Positions 12,570 to 25,107 of a stretch of DNA of 53,465 bases are shown here, in pieces. Source of the DNA: Octopus bimaculoides (Eukaryota). The first letter of the stretch is position 1; the number at the start of each line of letters is the position of its first letter. The position numbers and the translations under genes were made by a program. The notes under the pieces are model-generated. The model did no database searches. It was not told where the DNA came from and saw nothing but the letters and a program-made list of their open reading frames with translations. The DNA lies in the NCBI RefSeq assembly GCF_001194135.2, contig NC_068982.1, positions 58,349,993-58,403,457 on the forward strand, given 5' to 3'.

Positions 12570-12659
<90 letters not shown>

Positions 12660-12662
<3 letters not shown>

Positions 12663-12871
12663 TAGTACCTCGGTTTTCGAACAACTCTGATCATGAATAA
12701 TTCATATTCATATGCATATATATATATATATATATATAAAGCACGATTTGATCATGATCAGAGGTGTTTGTAAACTGAGGTACTACTGTATTAAATGAAT
12801 ATGAGAAAGACAGGAGATAAAGCACGATTTATTCATGGTCAAAGTTATTTGAAAACCGAGGTACTACTGTA
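12660..12871. mobile_element. Tc1/mariner-type MITE with duplicated right end
   Basis: Left TIR cagtagtacctcggttttcgaa; right TIRs ...aactgaggtactactgTA (to 12790) and ...aaaaccgaggtactactgTA (to 12871). Confidence 0.75.
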
Positions 12872-13089
12872 TATGTTTATATATATACACGCACACACAC
12901 ACACACACACACACATATGTATATATATATTTATTTACATGTATGTGTGTGTGTGTGTTTGTGTAGGTATATTTGATAGACTCAAACATTTTACTTACAT
13001 CCAGAAGCTAGTACAAAACCTCAGAATCACCTGATTGTGAAGCAAACATCTTAAGCACACAGATATGCCTCTACCTGAAAAATGTACTG

Positions 13090-13160
13090 TTTCCACAATA
13101 GGAATTGAACCCAAGCTACCTGGATAAAAGCCAGATATCCTCACCAATATCTAAACTAGA
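13090..13160 (-). pseudogene. Decayed tRNA-Glu(TTC)-like copy
   Basis: Minus strand GGTGAGGATATCTGGCTTTTATCCAGGTAGCTTGGGTTCAATTCCTATTGTGGAAA aligns with metazoan tRNA-Glu(TTC) GGTTAGGATTCCTGGCTTTCACCCAGGCGGCCCGGGTTCGACTCCCGGTGTGGGAA. Differences are mainly C>T and G>A; the 5' arm is degenerate. Confidence 0.6.
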
Positions 13161-14210
13161 TTTTAATAACATCAACGTTCAATATGCATGTAAACGCATT
13201 CACAACTTATATGCACAAATACATTATGACATCTTAAATATACTTAAGAATACTATTTTTCATTATTCTTTGCTTTAATGATTTATAAACATATTACCTT
13301 AGTTGAGATTTCAGAAATACTAAAAGAATATTCCAGGCAACTGGAGCTTAATCAATTCTCTTGAGGCATAGATTCTCATCTGAAGTCAATAAAATCAATA
13401 ACATGCAAATCTGTCATCAACTTTGTAAAATGTGACTTTAAACAAAAACCAAGGTCAATAGAACATGCTTTTATTATCAAAGCGTATTTGACCTTTGATC
13501 CTACCAAGACGGTTCTGTTGTAGAAAAAGTAAGGGAAGAATACCAGTAGGAGTGACAGAGATTGAGAGTCATTACAAAAATAGATCATAGTCTATGATCA
13601 TAGTTGTTATTTAATCCCAGATATTCTCTCTGACTGAGCAGATCTTTGAATAAATTAAACCAGCTATGACCAACTCAACTATGATTTTTTCAAATGTGTT
13701 GTCTCCTTCAAAACACTTGGATTTGGTTCGAGGGAGATTTAGCAGTTAATTCTAGTTACCACATCCCTGTAGAACCTGATACTGGTATGAAGAAAAAGTG
13801 ATTGATGTAAATGATTTTAATATTGAACAAGAGAACCAGATACATGGAAGTAATTTCCTGCCAAAAGCCAGTTCAAAACAGTCAAAAGGAAAATGAGGAA
13901 TAGGTTGGAATTGGTTGAAGACTTCAAGTGGCAAATATTTATCTGAAAAGGGGAAATATCAAACAACTCCAGATGCTTTATCCATCCATTTTGCATTTTC
14001 AAGATATGGAGTTAATGGTCTGCAAGGCACCACTTTTCTGCAAACATAACTAATTTTATGTTGGCCAAGCTGGAGTAATATGAAATGAAGTACCTTAATC
14101 AAAGATGCAGGGTGCTGTCTGATCTAGGAATAGAGTACATGACCTTACAATCCTGAGGCATTCCATATTCTTACTAGGTTAGGATGTGGGATGGCTTCAC
14201 AATTGTAACA

Positions 14211-15295
14211 TACCCTAAAAACCCATGTAATTTATGCATATTTTTCTGCAAAAATAAAAATAAACTTTAGGGGTACATAAATTACATGAGTAGATTGTCT
14301 CTAGAATTTTTTTAGAAATTTTTTTGTTGAAAAGAGACATACAAAATCTAAACGTCTGCATTGGAAGTTGACTCATTTAGTGTCAGAATAGGTTTTTACA
14401 GAAAAAATAAGGGCTTAAATATAATGAAGTTGACTTTTATTTATGCTGGACGCTATACTTTTTTTAAATGGCTAACTACGATTTGAAGTCTGATGTTCAT
14501 ACTGGTAATCACGGTCTGGGCCATCTTCTACTATAATAGTACTCTTGTGTTTTTCTCCGTCACAGCATATGAATGAGAAATGAAAAGGTGATAGATGAAT
14601 AATGAAAGAAGGGGTGATAGCAAACTGGTAGTGGGAGTGTTTCAACTCTGTGTAAGTATATGTGTGTGTATGTAAAAGGGAGGTATGTGAATGTTTGTGT
14701 GTGTGTGTGTGTGTGTGTTTATGCAATGGAAGTGGGATGGTGAACATTCAACACTGAAAAGAAAAATCAAACAGCATTTCAACTCTGTGTGAGTATATGT
14801 ATGTATGTGTGTGTGTGTACAAGGGAAGTATGTGAATGCTTGTATGAGGGAACTAGCGTTCTTTCAGTAACAAATGATGATCGATGTCACATCCCAAAAG
14901 ACAACCACTAGATAACATTGACAAATATATTAATTTGATTTGCCATCCATATTTATATATAAAATGCTACAAATAGTTGTTTTTGATGGCACAGGACCAG
15001 CTAGTATTATTATAAACAACACAAGCACTTTGTAATTTAATAGCTTTTAATATGATACCTGTTAAACAGAAATTATTTTTATTTAATGAAAATTTAATAA
15101 AATCTAATCATAAGTAAGTGAAATTATACTGAATACAACTAAATCGAAAACCTTTTCCCCCCTGACCATGTTGGCAATTCTGAAAACTTTTGGGTGCAAA
15201 TTTTACATGAGTAGTAGCTTTTTTTAACAATTTTTATCCTGAAAATCATCTGCGTAAATAAACCAGGTGTGCAAATTACATGGGTTTTTACAGTA
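14211..15295. mobile_element. Non-autonomous DNA transposon, about 1.1 kb, TA-flanked TIRs
   Basis: TAccctaaaaacccatgtaattt ... aaattacatgggtttttacagTA. Subterminal ggg...aaattacatgagtag-like repeats at about 14270 and 15190; internal duplication at about 14640 and 14777. Confidence 0.7.
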
Positions 15296-17699
15296 TATTA
15301 TATTACACAATAGTGGGTTAGAAACATTTAAGAGTTTAAGACTCATTGGCTACCCTCATCTTGGTTTAGCTGACCCAGTAATGCTGTTGCTCAGGATGTG
15401 ATACATTACTTCATGTAGAGAATTCCTGAAACCACAGGAGAGGACTAGAAGCTAATGGAAGACAGGTTGCCCTGAAATGAGATCCAAAGTACTATCATCC
15501 TTCTTTGACAGCCTATATCTTATATACAGTTCAAATGTATAGAAAACATAAGACAGAAACAGTTGAGGGAGCACAAGCAAGTGTATTAGTTTGATGTTTA
15601 GGAAAAATTAAAAATGTCTTTGACATTTTGAGCCTATGCTCTTCAACAGAAAGAAATGATAGGAAAAAATGAAGAGAGAGAGGAAAAGAACCTATTGGGA
15701 ATATAGAGCCCTATACACTACACTATGGTACAGCACATAATATTAATTATAGTGAACAATTAATTCTCCAATATTCGAAGGCTGTCCTTACCTCAATATA
15801 TTTTGATTCGTGTACAGTAACAATAACAACAGCAACAACATCTACAAATCTTACAATTGCAACTTAGAATGAAAAGATATAAGTAGTAGATGATTAGATG
15901 TGGTCATTATAATATACAAAGTGTATCTACATGGGCAATCTCTTGAGAAGTGGGCTACATGAGACATAGCTCATCAGCAAGCAGGCCACACAACTAAGAT
16001 AATTCAAGGTAATTTTTTTATTGGTGAGTTGCAGTTCACCCATGATTGAGATAAGCGATACGTATTGCAGGTCACACAACATACCAGAAATAGCAGCTAA
16101 ATTTGTCTCCTAATATAACTTTAAAGTCATTAAAAAAGAAATTAGCCCTAAAAACATAAAAATAACAGGTTGTTCATGATTGGGATGTCATTAACCATAC
16201 AACTGTTTGATCAAGACTGACTTGGGGATTGCAAAGACAGCAGCTACTACAACATGAAACATTGTAGAGGAAGGAAGAATTCTTAAATGTAGCAGTTGTT
16301 GCTTTGCCTAGTGTTGCTTTGCCTCCAGTCAGCTCTGATTGAGCAAATCAAAAATCAAGATTATTCTTGTCATAACTGTCTCATCTTTCTCCTATGTGCA
16401 GTGAATCCACGACCACATTATTTTAACACACAAGCTTCATTTTAAGACAACTGAGTTTGATTTTAGGGAGATTCAGCTGATATTTCTAGCAGGTCAAATG
16501 ACTACTTAGAAACTCTCTGGTTGCTTAACGATCAGACTGAAATTTCAGTAGTGTATTCTTCAAAGAGCTAACACACATTTATCTTGAACTTTTAGCACCA
16601 CAGTAGGTGGGTGAGGATAAATGCAAAAAGAAAAGTATTTTTAAGATAACTATGTTATTAATTTATTTCATATTTAAGGTGCCAAGATTCAAAAGTGAGA
16701 GAGAGAGAGAGAAATTCACATATGATGAACTGATTTTTAAGTTTTTATTCATTTGGTCAAAGGAAGATGCACAGTACCCATGACCTTTCCAGACGAATGA
16801 GATCGATTCTATTGATGTTTTGATAAAATATCCATAGGTCGATATCCACTGGAAAAAACGTGGGTGGGAAGAGAATCATCTCTGTACAGAAATGTTTGGG
16901 GGTGGAGTTTTAATGTAAACGTTTGATGAGCTCAGATGCAGCAGAATCCAGGATGAGTATTGTTACTGCTGTTTAGCCCAAGGTTAACTCTGATCAAGCA
17001 GACTCATAATCAGAAGCATTGTAGAAATGACCACCAGTCTTGTTTTCTGAGACAGTATATCAAGAATTTGATTATCTAATGAGCATTTTCTGTTTATTTT
17101 CTGAAGATGATGTAAGGAAAATTTCGTTACTCTTAGAAGATGAAGTGATTGCATTAAATGAGGTTGGGTTAATGTGGAACACAGCTTGCTAGTTCAGAAG
17201 AACAGAGACTGTATTAGAGGTAGTAGTGGTGGTAGTAGTATTATAGATGGTGGTGGCTGAAGAGACATAGCAATGGCATGTTTGTCAGCCATTGTGTTGG
17301 GGAAAGCTAAGTATTTTGGTCACAGAGAAATGACACGGTTCCAGATTCTACAATGCTACCTAAATTTGCTTACACAATTCATATGACATATCCTGTTCAA
17401 TTCAATATCTAACACAGCAACACAATTCAGAAAATACATATTCTAAACCAAAGGCGTATATTCCAGGTGTGCTAGGTGCACTGCACACCCATTGAAAATG
17501 GCAAATTCATTATAAATATTAACTTTACTCATTTAATCACAAATCTTAATGGAAAACTTTTGATATACCCCTGCTTGAAATTTGGTGGTATTGGGTGTGA
17601 CAACACATCCAATACAACAACCACCATACACCATTGTTCTAAACAACAAACATCTGGTATAACAACAAACTAATACAATGCATATTCCTTTTCTACATC

Positions 17700-17950
17700 A
17701 GCTACCTGACTGTTATCTCCAACAACAGCTATTTCTATGCAAATGACACCCAACCTTCATTCCTCTCTAAACTTCTTCAATCAAGCATCATCCAGAGTTA
17801 ATCAAGACAACCAGTGCCAAAATTGCTCTGACTGTATGAGCTAAGATCTCCAAAACATCCTCTCGTGATAATTTTATCCCCATTCAATAGCACAAAGAAT
17901 ATAATCACTACATGCATCTAGAAAACATCATTGCACTTTACCTTCCATTA
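17700..17950 (+). mobile_element. CR1/L2-like reverse transcriptase fragment
   Basis: ISNNSYFYANDTQ resembles the RT YADD motif region. Confidence 0.4.
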
Positions 17951-18007
17951 AGACACAAGAAACTCAAAATCATTAGAAATATATTGACCTTACTATTACT
18001 GAGAGTA

Positions 18008-18385
18008 GTTGTTGGCACTCCGTCGCTTACGACGTCGAGGGTTCCAGTTGATCCGATCAACGGAACAGCCTGCTCGTGAAATTAACGAGCAAGTGGCTGA
18101 GCACTCCACAGACACGTGTACCCTTAATGTAGTTCTCGGGGATATTCAGTGTGACACAGTGTGACAAGGCTGACCTTTTGAATTACAGGCACAGCAGAAA
18201 GTAAGAGTGAGAGAAAGTTGTGGTGAAAGAGTACAGCAGGGTTCGCCACTATCCCCTGCCGGAGCCTCGTGGAGCTTTAGGTGTTTTCGTTCAATAAACA
18301 CTCACAAGGCCTGGTCTGGGAATCGAAACCGCGATCCTATGACCGCGAGTCCGCTGCCCTAACCACTGGGCCATTGTGCCTCCAC
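18008..18385 (-). mobile_element. Full-length tRNA-derived SINE (family E) with 13-bp target-site duplication
   Basis: ATTACTGAGAGTA at 17995-18007 and 18386-18398. Minus-strand head has A box TGGCCCAGTGG and B box GGTTTCGATTCCC. Confidence 0.9.
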
Positions 18386-19829
18386 ATTACTGAGAGTATT
18401 TCCTGACAAATGCACATCTTCTCCTCCAACTAATAAAAACTGCATCTCGAAGAATAGCTTTCCTCCTCAGAACTAGTAGATAATTCAGTCTCCCAAAACC
18501 ACTCACCCTTTACAAAACTCAGGTGAGATTCATGATGGAATGCATTTGAGAGAGTTCTTCTGCTACACTTGCAGAAATCATTAGTACATTGAAAATGGTG
18601 GATTAACTGAAAAATGTAGAAAGATTCCAGAAAAAGAAAAGGCATAAAATATCTCCATTATTAAAAAAAAAACAACTGGTTAATTATACAAATAAAAAAA
18701 TGGTTAATTATACTATTAAAGACGGTTGAGTTACAATAAACCCATGATAAAATATTCAGCATAGGAAATGCACAGTAAGTTCAGCATTGTGAAACATCAC
18801 AAGTGTATATGAATGAACACATACACAAAAACAAAAACAAAAAAAAAAAGCATTTTATAACAACATTTGGAGTGAATCTGTTGTATTTACAAAAACACAA
18901 ATGTTCTTTGGTTATTCAATGTCCAAGAAAGAAATCTGCCTAGCAACAGACAAAATTCAAATAATATCTTTTAACAACTATTAATAGCAATGGTAAACAT
19001 CAGTCTATAGATGACAAATTCCCCAAAGTTAAGGAAAATAAGAGGTTAAGAGAGATGTGAGAAATGCTGAGTTGTCTGTCAAGGATTCATCCTGACAAAT
19101 GACAAATTCTAAATATCCTATAGAAATCTTTAGTTTACATAACTATTAGTTCATCCACACTACAACAAAATAAAGAGCACCGATTGGCTAAAATGTTGTA
19201 CAATGTATGATCCTGACTGAATTCTAGAGATTTTGGTCCATGTGATCACCAAGTCTAAGAATAGACATCATATTCAATGTTGCTTACATGACAGTCCAGA
19301 TACATTAAATAATGTATTGAGAGTACCAATCTAAGATGGTGATAGACTGGCAGAATTAGAAGAATGTTGGACTGGAATACTGGTTATCTTGTATTTGTTC
19401 TGGCTTTTTATGTTCTGCAGTAAAAGCTCACCATAACATTCTTAGGTAGTAGACTTAATCAGAGGCTAGCTTCAGATCAGTGGACTCTAGGAAGCATCAG
19501 TTTTATGGAAGCTTCTACAGTGCCATCAGTTTCTCTACTGTGTTGTTGAGGACCAGCTATCTTCTTTTGGAAGTATAGAATTGGATTTTCTTTTATCATT
19601 TGTGGTATTATTTATCTGACTATTGTGTTTATTGTGCAGAATATAGACAAGTTATTTTGTAAGTTATTTTGTTGGTTCATGATTGTGTTTTGTATGTGCT
19701 ATATGTTAAAATTATTGTTACTGGGACAGTGTATTTGTTGTGCTAGTGGTGAGAAATATTGTCTTGGAAAAAAAGTTCCTGCTATTTTAAAAGTAAAATT
19801 AAGAAATGATATTTAGATATTTATATATA

Positions 19830-20930
19830 CTTCAGTTCAACCACATATATCCTATTTTGTTCCGTTACTTTCTGCCATCTTTGAGCCAGTTTCATGATCC
19901 TAGCCTCTCAGAAATTGGCTTTCTAAGTCAGGAACTAGTTTAAGTGGTCTTTACAGTCTTCCGAAGAACTGTTGTTCTTCTCATTAAGACGATCGTTTAG
20001 GTATCAAAATAATTGGTACTCTGAAGGTACAAGGCCACTTGAGTACTGTGGGTGTGGAAGGACATCCTAGCCAAACTGTACCAATTTCTGTTGAATCTAA
20101 AAGAAAAGCATTATTCTGATGGAAGATGACATTCTTCTGATTTGCCAATTCTGGACATTTATCAGTGGCTTAATTTGGAATAGTAACAGTCAGAATTCAG
20201 TGTATGATTTTGCAGAAGCTCATAGTACACAATGCCCTTCTGATCCCACTAGATACAGAGTATTCCATTCTTCAGTTACTGACCAGCTTCTAGAGTTATT
20301 AAAGGTGGTTAAAACCGTTTTCTCCATGTATTTACTCACTCCACATTGTTGTAAACAATCCATTTTTGTATTACTTGTGGCTGCTCTTTCCAAAATAGAT
20401 AATTTTTGTCGCATTTGAGCAGAGTGTCACAGAAGGAAATGCAGTCCATTCAATTGTTTTCCGATAAATTATGAGGCACCCAACCATCATAGTAATTTAT
20501 TTATCCAAGTATTTTTAAATGCATTATAATGCTCATATGAGATATATAGAGTGTCCTTGCAGTGTCTCATATTGTCACTAGGATTATATTGGATTAACAT
20601 TTCAATTTGGTCATCAGTGGCTATAGGTCTGCTGGAATGTTCCTGGTCTTCCACATCAAAAGTTTCACTCTCAAACCAAGTGACCCACTTTTGAACAGTA
20701 CTTTTAGCTATGGCACCAGCTCTTTAAACTGTTTGTTTTTGTTTTTGTTTTTTTTTCCTGTTTGAACAGCATTTTTACTTTCTGGAAATAAAAGAACATC
20801 AAATGACGAAAATGTTTCTCATCTTCCTCCATTTTCACTTTCAATGTCAAAGCAGTGGAAACTAACCATCCACACAGTAAATACATAGAAATATATGTCA
20901 AAATGTCACCTTAAAAGGACCTTAATACTT
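19830..20930 (-). mobile_element. Decayed mariner transposase
   Basis: MEEDEKHFRHLMFFYFQK (N-terminal HTH); ILCI*WDQKGIVYYELL; NVIFHQNNA; LPHPQYSSGLVPSEYQLF. Confidence 0.9.
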
Positions 20931-21841
20931 AACTGTACATGATATTGTCTTACCAGTGATGGCTTAGACAAACTAATAAGAGAAGAGCTAAAGGAAAAGG
21001 TTGACAGATGAGAGACATTACAAAATGTCAATCAGTGTCGACGGGACTTACAACAAGGGGGAAAAGATAAGAAGAAACAAGAAGAAAAACCGAGTGAAAA
21101 GGAATGAAAGTAAATTATATTATAGTTCTTAAGCAAATGTGGTTATTCAATGACTAAGACCGTGGTGACTGAACAACATCAAAGAATGGTGGAAAACTTA
21201 AGATTGGAAAGATGAGGCAAGAATATATCTCTCTTGCCTTCTGAGACTATAAATTTTGATTGGTTCATTAATTGATTGACCCTAAAAGAGAAGCAGTCAC
21301 CTCAAGGTCAGTTGGGGGTCCTAAGCAAAAGATAACATAATAGATATATGATGAATGCAATACTTGTAACAGAAGATGGTGTAGTTGGTGTTGCTATTTA
21401 ACAAATATAATAACAATATTATATACCATATTTAAGGCACTTTTTCCCTCCCACCAAAATATTTCAAAAACTCACTCTGGATCCTATTTGCAAAGTGTGA
21501 ACCTATATTGGTTTCATCTTTTGGCACATGGCCAGGAGGTTTGGCGGAGCATCTAAGTTGGTTACACCAAACCCAGTGCTCAACTGGTATTTATTTTATT
21601 GACTCTGAAAGGATGAAAGGCAAAGTAGAACTTGGTGGAATTTGAACTTAAAATGTAAAGATGGATGAAACATTGCTAAGCACTTTGCCTGGAACAGTAA
21701 CGATTGAGCAAATTTGCCACTTTTGTTTGATTCTATATTACATGTTTTAATAGACTAAAAATTGTTTTTCTGAATATGCCCAGTAGAAATTAGGGTACAT
21801 GTAATATTCCCATGCATCTTTGCAGCCACCAAATATGATAA

Positions 21842-21880
<39 letters not shown>

Positions 21881-23014
21881 TTTTATAAGTAATATTCTAA
21901 AAGAATATATAACTGAACTTATATTGAGTGCTCAATTTATTTTGAGCAAATAAATGTGTATATATGTGTTTTTATATTATTAATAAATTCATGAACTTAT
22001 CAATAATATACTCAGGAAATCAATATTTAATATTTCGAAAAACATACATCCAATATTATATATATACCATTGGTTCTTAATTCATCTCTGAAGAGCAGAA
22101 TTACTGATAATAAGCTGATCTTTGGATCACTTTGTGATTATAGTAATATCCGNNNNNNNNNNNNNNNNNNNNNNNNNNNNNNNNNNNNNNNNNNNNNNNN
22201 NNNNNNNNNNNNNNNNNNNNNNNNNNNNNNNNNNNNNNNNNNNNNNNNNNNNNNNNNNNNNNNNNNNNNNNNNNNNNNNNNNNNNNNNNNNNNNNNNNNN
22301 NNNNNNNNNNNNNNNNNNNNNNNNNNNNNNNNNNNNNNNNNNNNNNNNNNNNNNNNNNNNNNNNNNNNNNNNNNNNNNNNNNNNNNNNNNNNNNNNNNNN
22401 NNNNNNNNNNNNNNNNNNNNNNNNNNNNNNNNNNNNNNNNNNNNNNNNNNNNNNNNNNNNNNNNNNNNNNNNNNNNNNNNNNNNNNNNNNNNNNNNNNNN
22501 NNNNNNNNNNNNNNNNNNNNNNNNNNNNNNNNNNNNNNNNNNNNNNNNNNNNNNNNNNNNNNNNNNNNNNNNNNNNNNNNNNNNNNNNNNNNNNNNNNNN
22601 NNNNNNNNNNNNNNNNNNNNNNNNNNNNNNNNNNNNNNNNNNNNNNNNNNNNNNNNNNNNNNNNNNNNNNNNNNNNNNNNNNNNNNNNNNNNNNNNNNNN
22701 NNNNNNNNNNNNNNNNNNNNNNNNNNNNNNNNNNNNNNNNNNNNNNNNNNNNNNNNNNNNNNNNNNNNNNNNNNNNNNNNNNNNNNNNNNNNNNNNNNNN
22801 NNNNNNNNNNNNNNNNNNNNNNNNNNNNNNNNNNNNNNNNNNNNNNNNNNNNNNNNNNNNNNNNNNNNNNNNNNNNNNNNNNNNNNNNNNNNNNNNNNNN
22901 NNNNNNNNNNNNNNNNNNNNNNNNNNNNNNNNNNNNNNNNNNNNNNNNNNNNNNNNNNNNNNNNNNNNNNNNNNNNNNNNNNNNNNNNNNNNNNNNNNNN
23001 NNNNNNNNNNNNNN

Positions 23015-23277
23015 CTTGTGCGGGTGGCACATAAAATACACCATTTTGAGCGTGGCCGTTGCCAGTACCGCCTGACTAGCCTTCGTGCGGCTGACACGTA
23101 AAAGCACCCACTACACTCTCTGAGTGGTTGGCGTTAGGAAGGGCATCCAGCTGTAGAAACTCTGCCAAATCAGATTGGAGCCTGGTGTAGCCATCTGGTT
23201 TCACCAGTCCTCAGTCAAATCGTCCAACCCATGCTAGCATGGAAAGCGGACGTTAAACGATGATGATGATGATGATA
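23015..23277 (+). mobile_element. SINE family A, 3' part
   Basis: Near-identical to 1-262, which lacks an internal segment of about 21 bp. Confidence 0.85.
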
Positions 23278-23289
23278 TATATATATATA

Positions 23290-23480
23290 ATTCTATAATT
23301 ATAAACATAATTATAACTAGGGGTCAGTATGTGTCTTGCCACATAAGGAATTAGAAATAGACACTAATATCTTGTCTACTACCATGGTAGTAGAAAAGAC
23401 ATTAGCTTCTATTTCTAATCCAGTATGTGGCAAGGCACATAGCTGACCCCTTGTTATAATTATGTATATAATTATAGAAT
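23290..23480. repeat. Loopless palindrome, arms about 95 bp (MITE-like)
   Basis: Centre ctactacCATGgtagtag; arms attctataattata...ggggtcag.tatgtg.cttgccacata versus its reverse complement. Confidence 0.9.
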
Positions 23481-23770
23481 AATTTGTAAAATTTACCTTA
23501 ACGGTTTTTATTTACATACTGACTACTTGGTAAAATTATAACTGATTTTACCCTATATTATTTATATATATAAAAGTGAGTTTGGAGGGATATGTTATCT
23601 GTGCAGATACTGTATTAGCTCTCAGTTAGGTTCCAGTTAATGGCTAATCACAACAATCAGTATTTAATATCTGTGACTACAATTTGTTGAAGCTGCAATG
23701 ACAACATTGCAAGGTTGCATTTGCAATAGTAATCTTTTTTCTTTTGCCCTTATTTATAATTATATATATT

Positions 23771-24014
23771 ATTCTTAAACAAGAATGTTGTTGACAGTAA
23801 CTTTGAAGTTTTGACCAGCTAAGCTATCATCAGACTGCAATGCATTAGAATTAGTCTTGCTTTTATATATTCTCTGTTGACTTAAAATCTTCCTTGGGTG
23901 TGCGAGTTTGAGACTATATAAAGGCAAGACTAATTCTAATGCATCACAGTCTGATAATGGTTTAGCTGGCAGAAACTTTGAAGTCACAGTCAACAAGATT
24001 CTTGTTTAAGTAAT
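23771..24014. repeat. Inverted repeat, arms about 100 bp, spacer about 45 bp (foldback/MITE-like)
   Basis: TTAAacaagaat...gcattagaattagtcttgc versus gcaagactaattctaatgc...attcttgtTTAA. Confidence 0.9.
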
Positions 24015-24109
24015 ACATTTGTACTCTACAAAAGTATAGAGTTACCCATCAGATTAATCTAAAATTGTTTTTATCATAACTGAACATAAAATCAAACATT
24101 TATATATAT

Positions 24110-24397
24110 TCTTTTATTCTTTCACTTGTTTCAGTCATTTGCCTATGGCCATGCTGGAGCACCACCTTCAGGGATTTTTGTCAAACAATTCAATCTCCAG
24201 GGCAGTCTCTTTGCTGAACTGTTTACAGGGACATAAACACACCAACACCAGTTGTCAAGTAATAATGGAGGGACAAACACAGACACAGACATGCACTTAT
24301 GGATAGATAGATAGATAGATAGATAGATGGATGGATGGACGGATAGATAGATAGATAGGTATATAGATAGATAGATAGATAGATACATACATACATA

Positions 24398-24429
<32 letters not shown>

Positions 24430-24594
24430 CACGACAGGCTTCTTTCAGTTTCCGTCTACCAAATCCACTTACAAGGCTTTGGTTGGCCCAAGGCTAAAGC
24501 AGAAGGCATGTGTCCAAGGTGCCATGCAGCAGGACTGAACCCAGAACCATGTGGTTGGGAAGCCAGCTTCTTATCACACAGCCATGCCTGCACC

Positions 24595-24595
<1 letters not shown>
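24110..24595 (-). mobile_element. SINE family B, full length, with internal (GATA)n/(TA)n
   Basis: Tail, microsatellite and head are all present. Confidence 0.85.
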
Positions 24596-24625
<30 letters not shown>

Positions 24626-25069
24626 TGTCAATGACATATTACATAATGGTTCTAACATAAGCATTAAGCACCAAGTCCTCTGAACGAGCCTGAGCAATAT
24701 AGTCAGGTATATCAACTCAGTAGTTGAGCATTTGACAAGTACTTTATCGCTCAGATGCAGGTGGCAGATGCAATAGATCTTGGTAGAATTTGAACTTAGA
24801 ATGGAAAGGGAAATAACTGAAGTTGGCAACACATTCTGTCTTTCACTACCAACTGAGTTTGCCAGTCTAACAGATCTATTGCATTTAGTGCATGCACGTA
24901 AACACACACACTCACACACACACACGTGCACCTGTGTACACATATACAGATTTTTTTTTTTATTAAATACAAAAAAGCCATTGGATTAGCAGATTTAGTA
25001 GAGCAACGAACAAAATGCGTTGCAAACTTTAGTTATACATATACATATATGTTTGTTTGCATGTGTGCT

Positions 25070-25107
<38 letters not shown>

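Noticed and set aside
12467-12700. YI/VC/HT-repeat ORFs here and throughout
   Set aside because: Translations of (TA)n, (TG)n and (CA)n microsatellites.
14472-14747. ORF with a protein-like tail (EKHKSTIIVEDGPDRDYQ)
   Set aside because: Lies inside the TIR-bounded element 14211-15295 and has no good splice acceptor.
18471-18522. Plus-strand exon candidate (ctcctcag / GTGAGA; LVDNSVSQNHSPFTKL)
   Set aside because: Overlaps the minus-strand candidate and has no convincing partner. It shows how easily such signals arise by chance.
23775-23996. 73-aa ORF
   Set aside because: Falls wholly within the inverted repeat, starts at a non-ATG codon and shows no homology I recognise.
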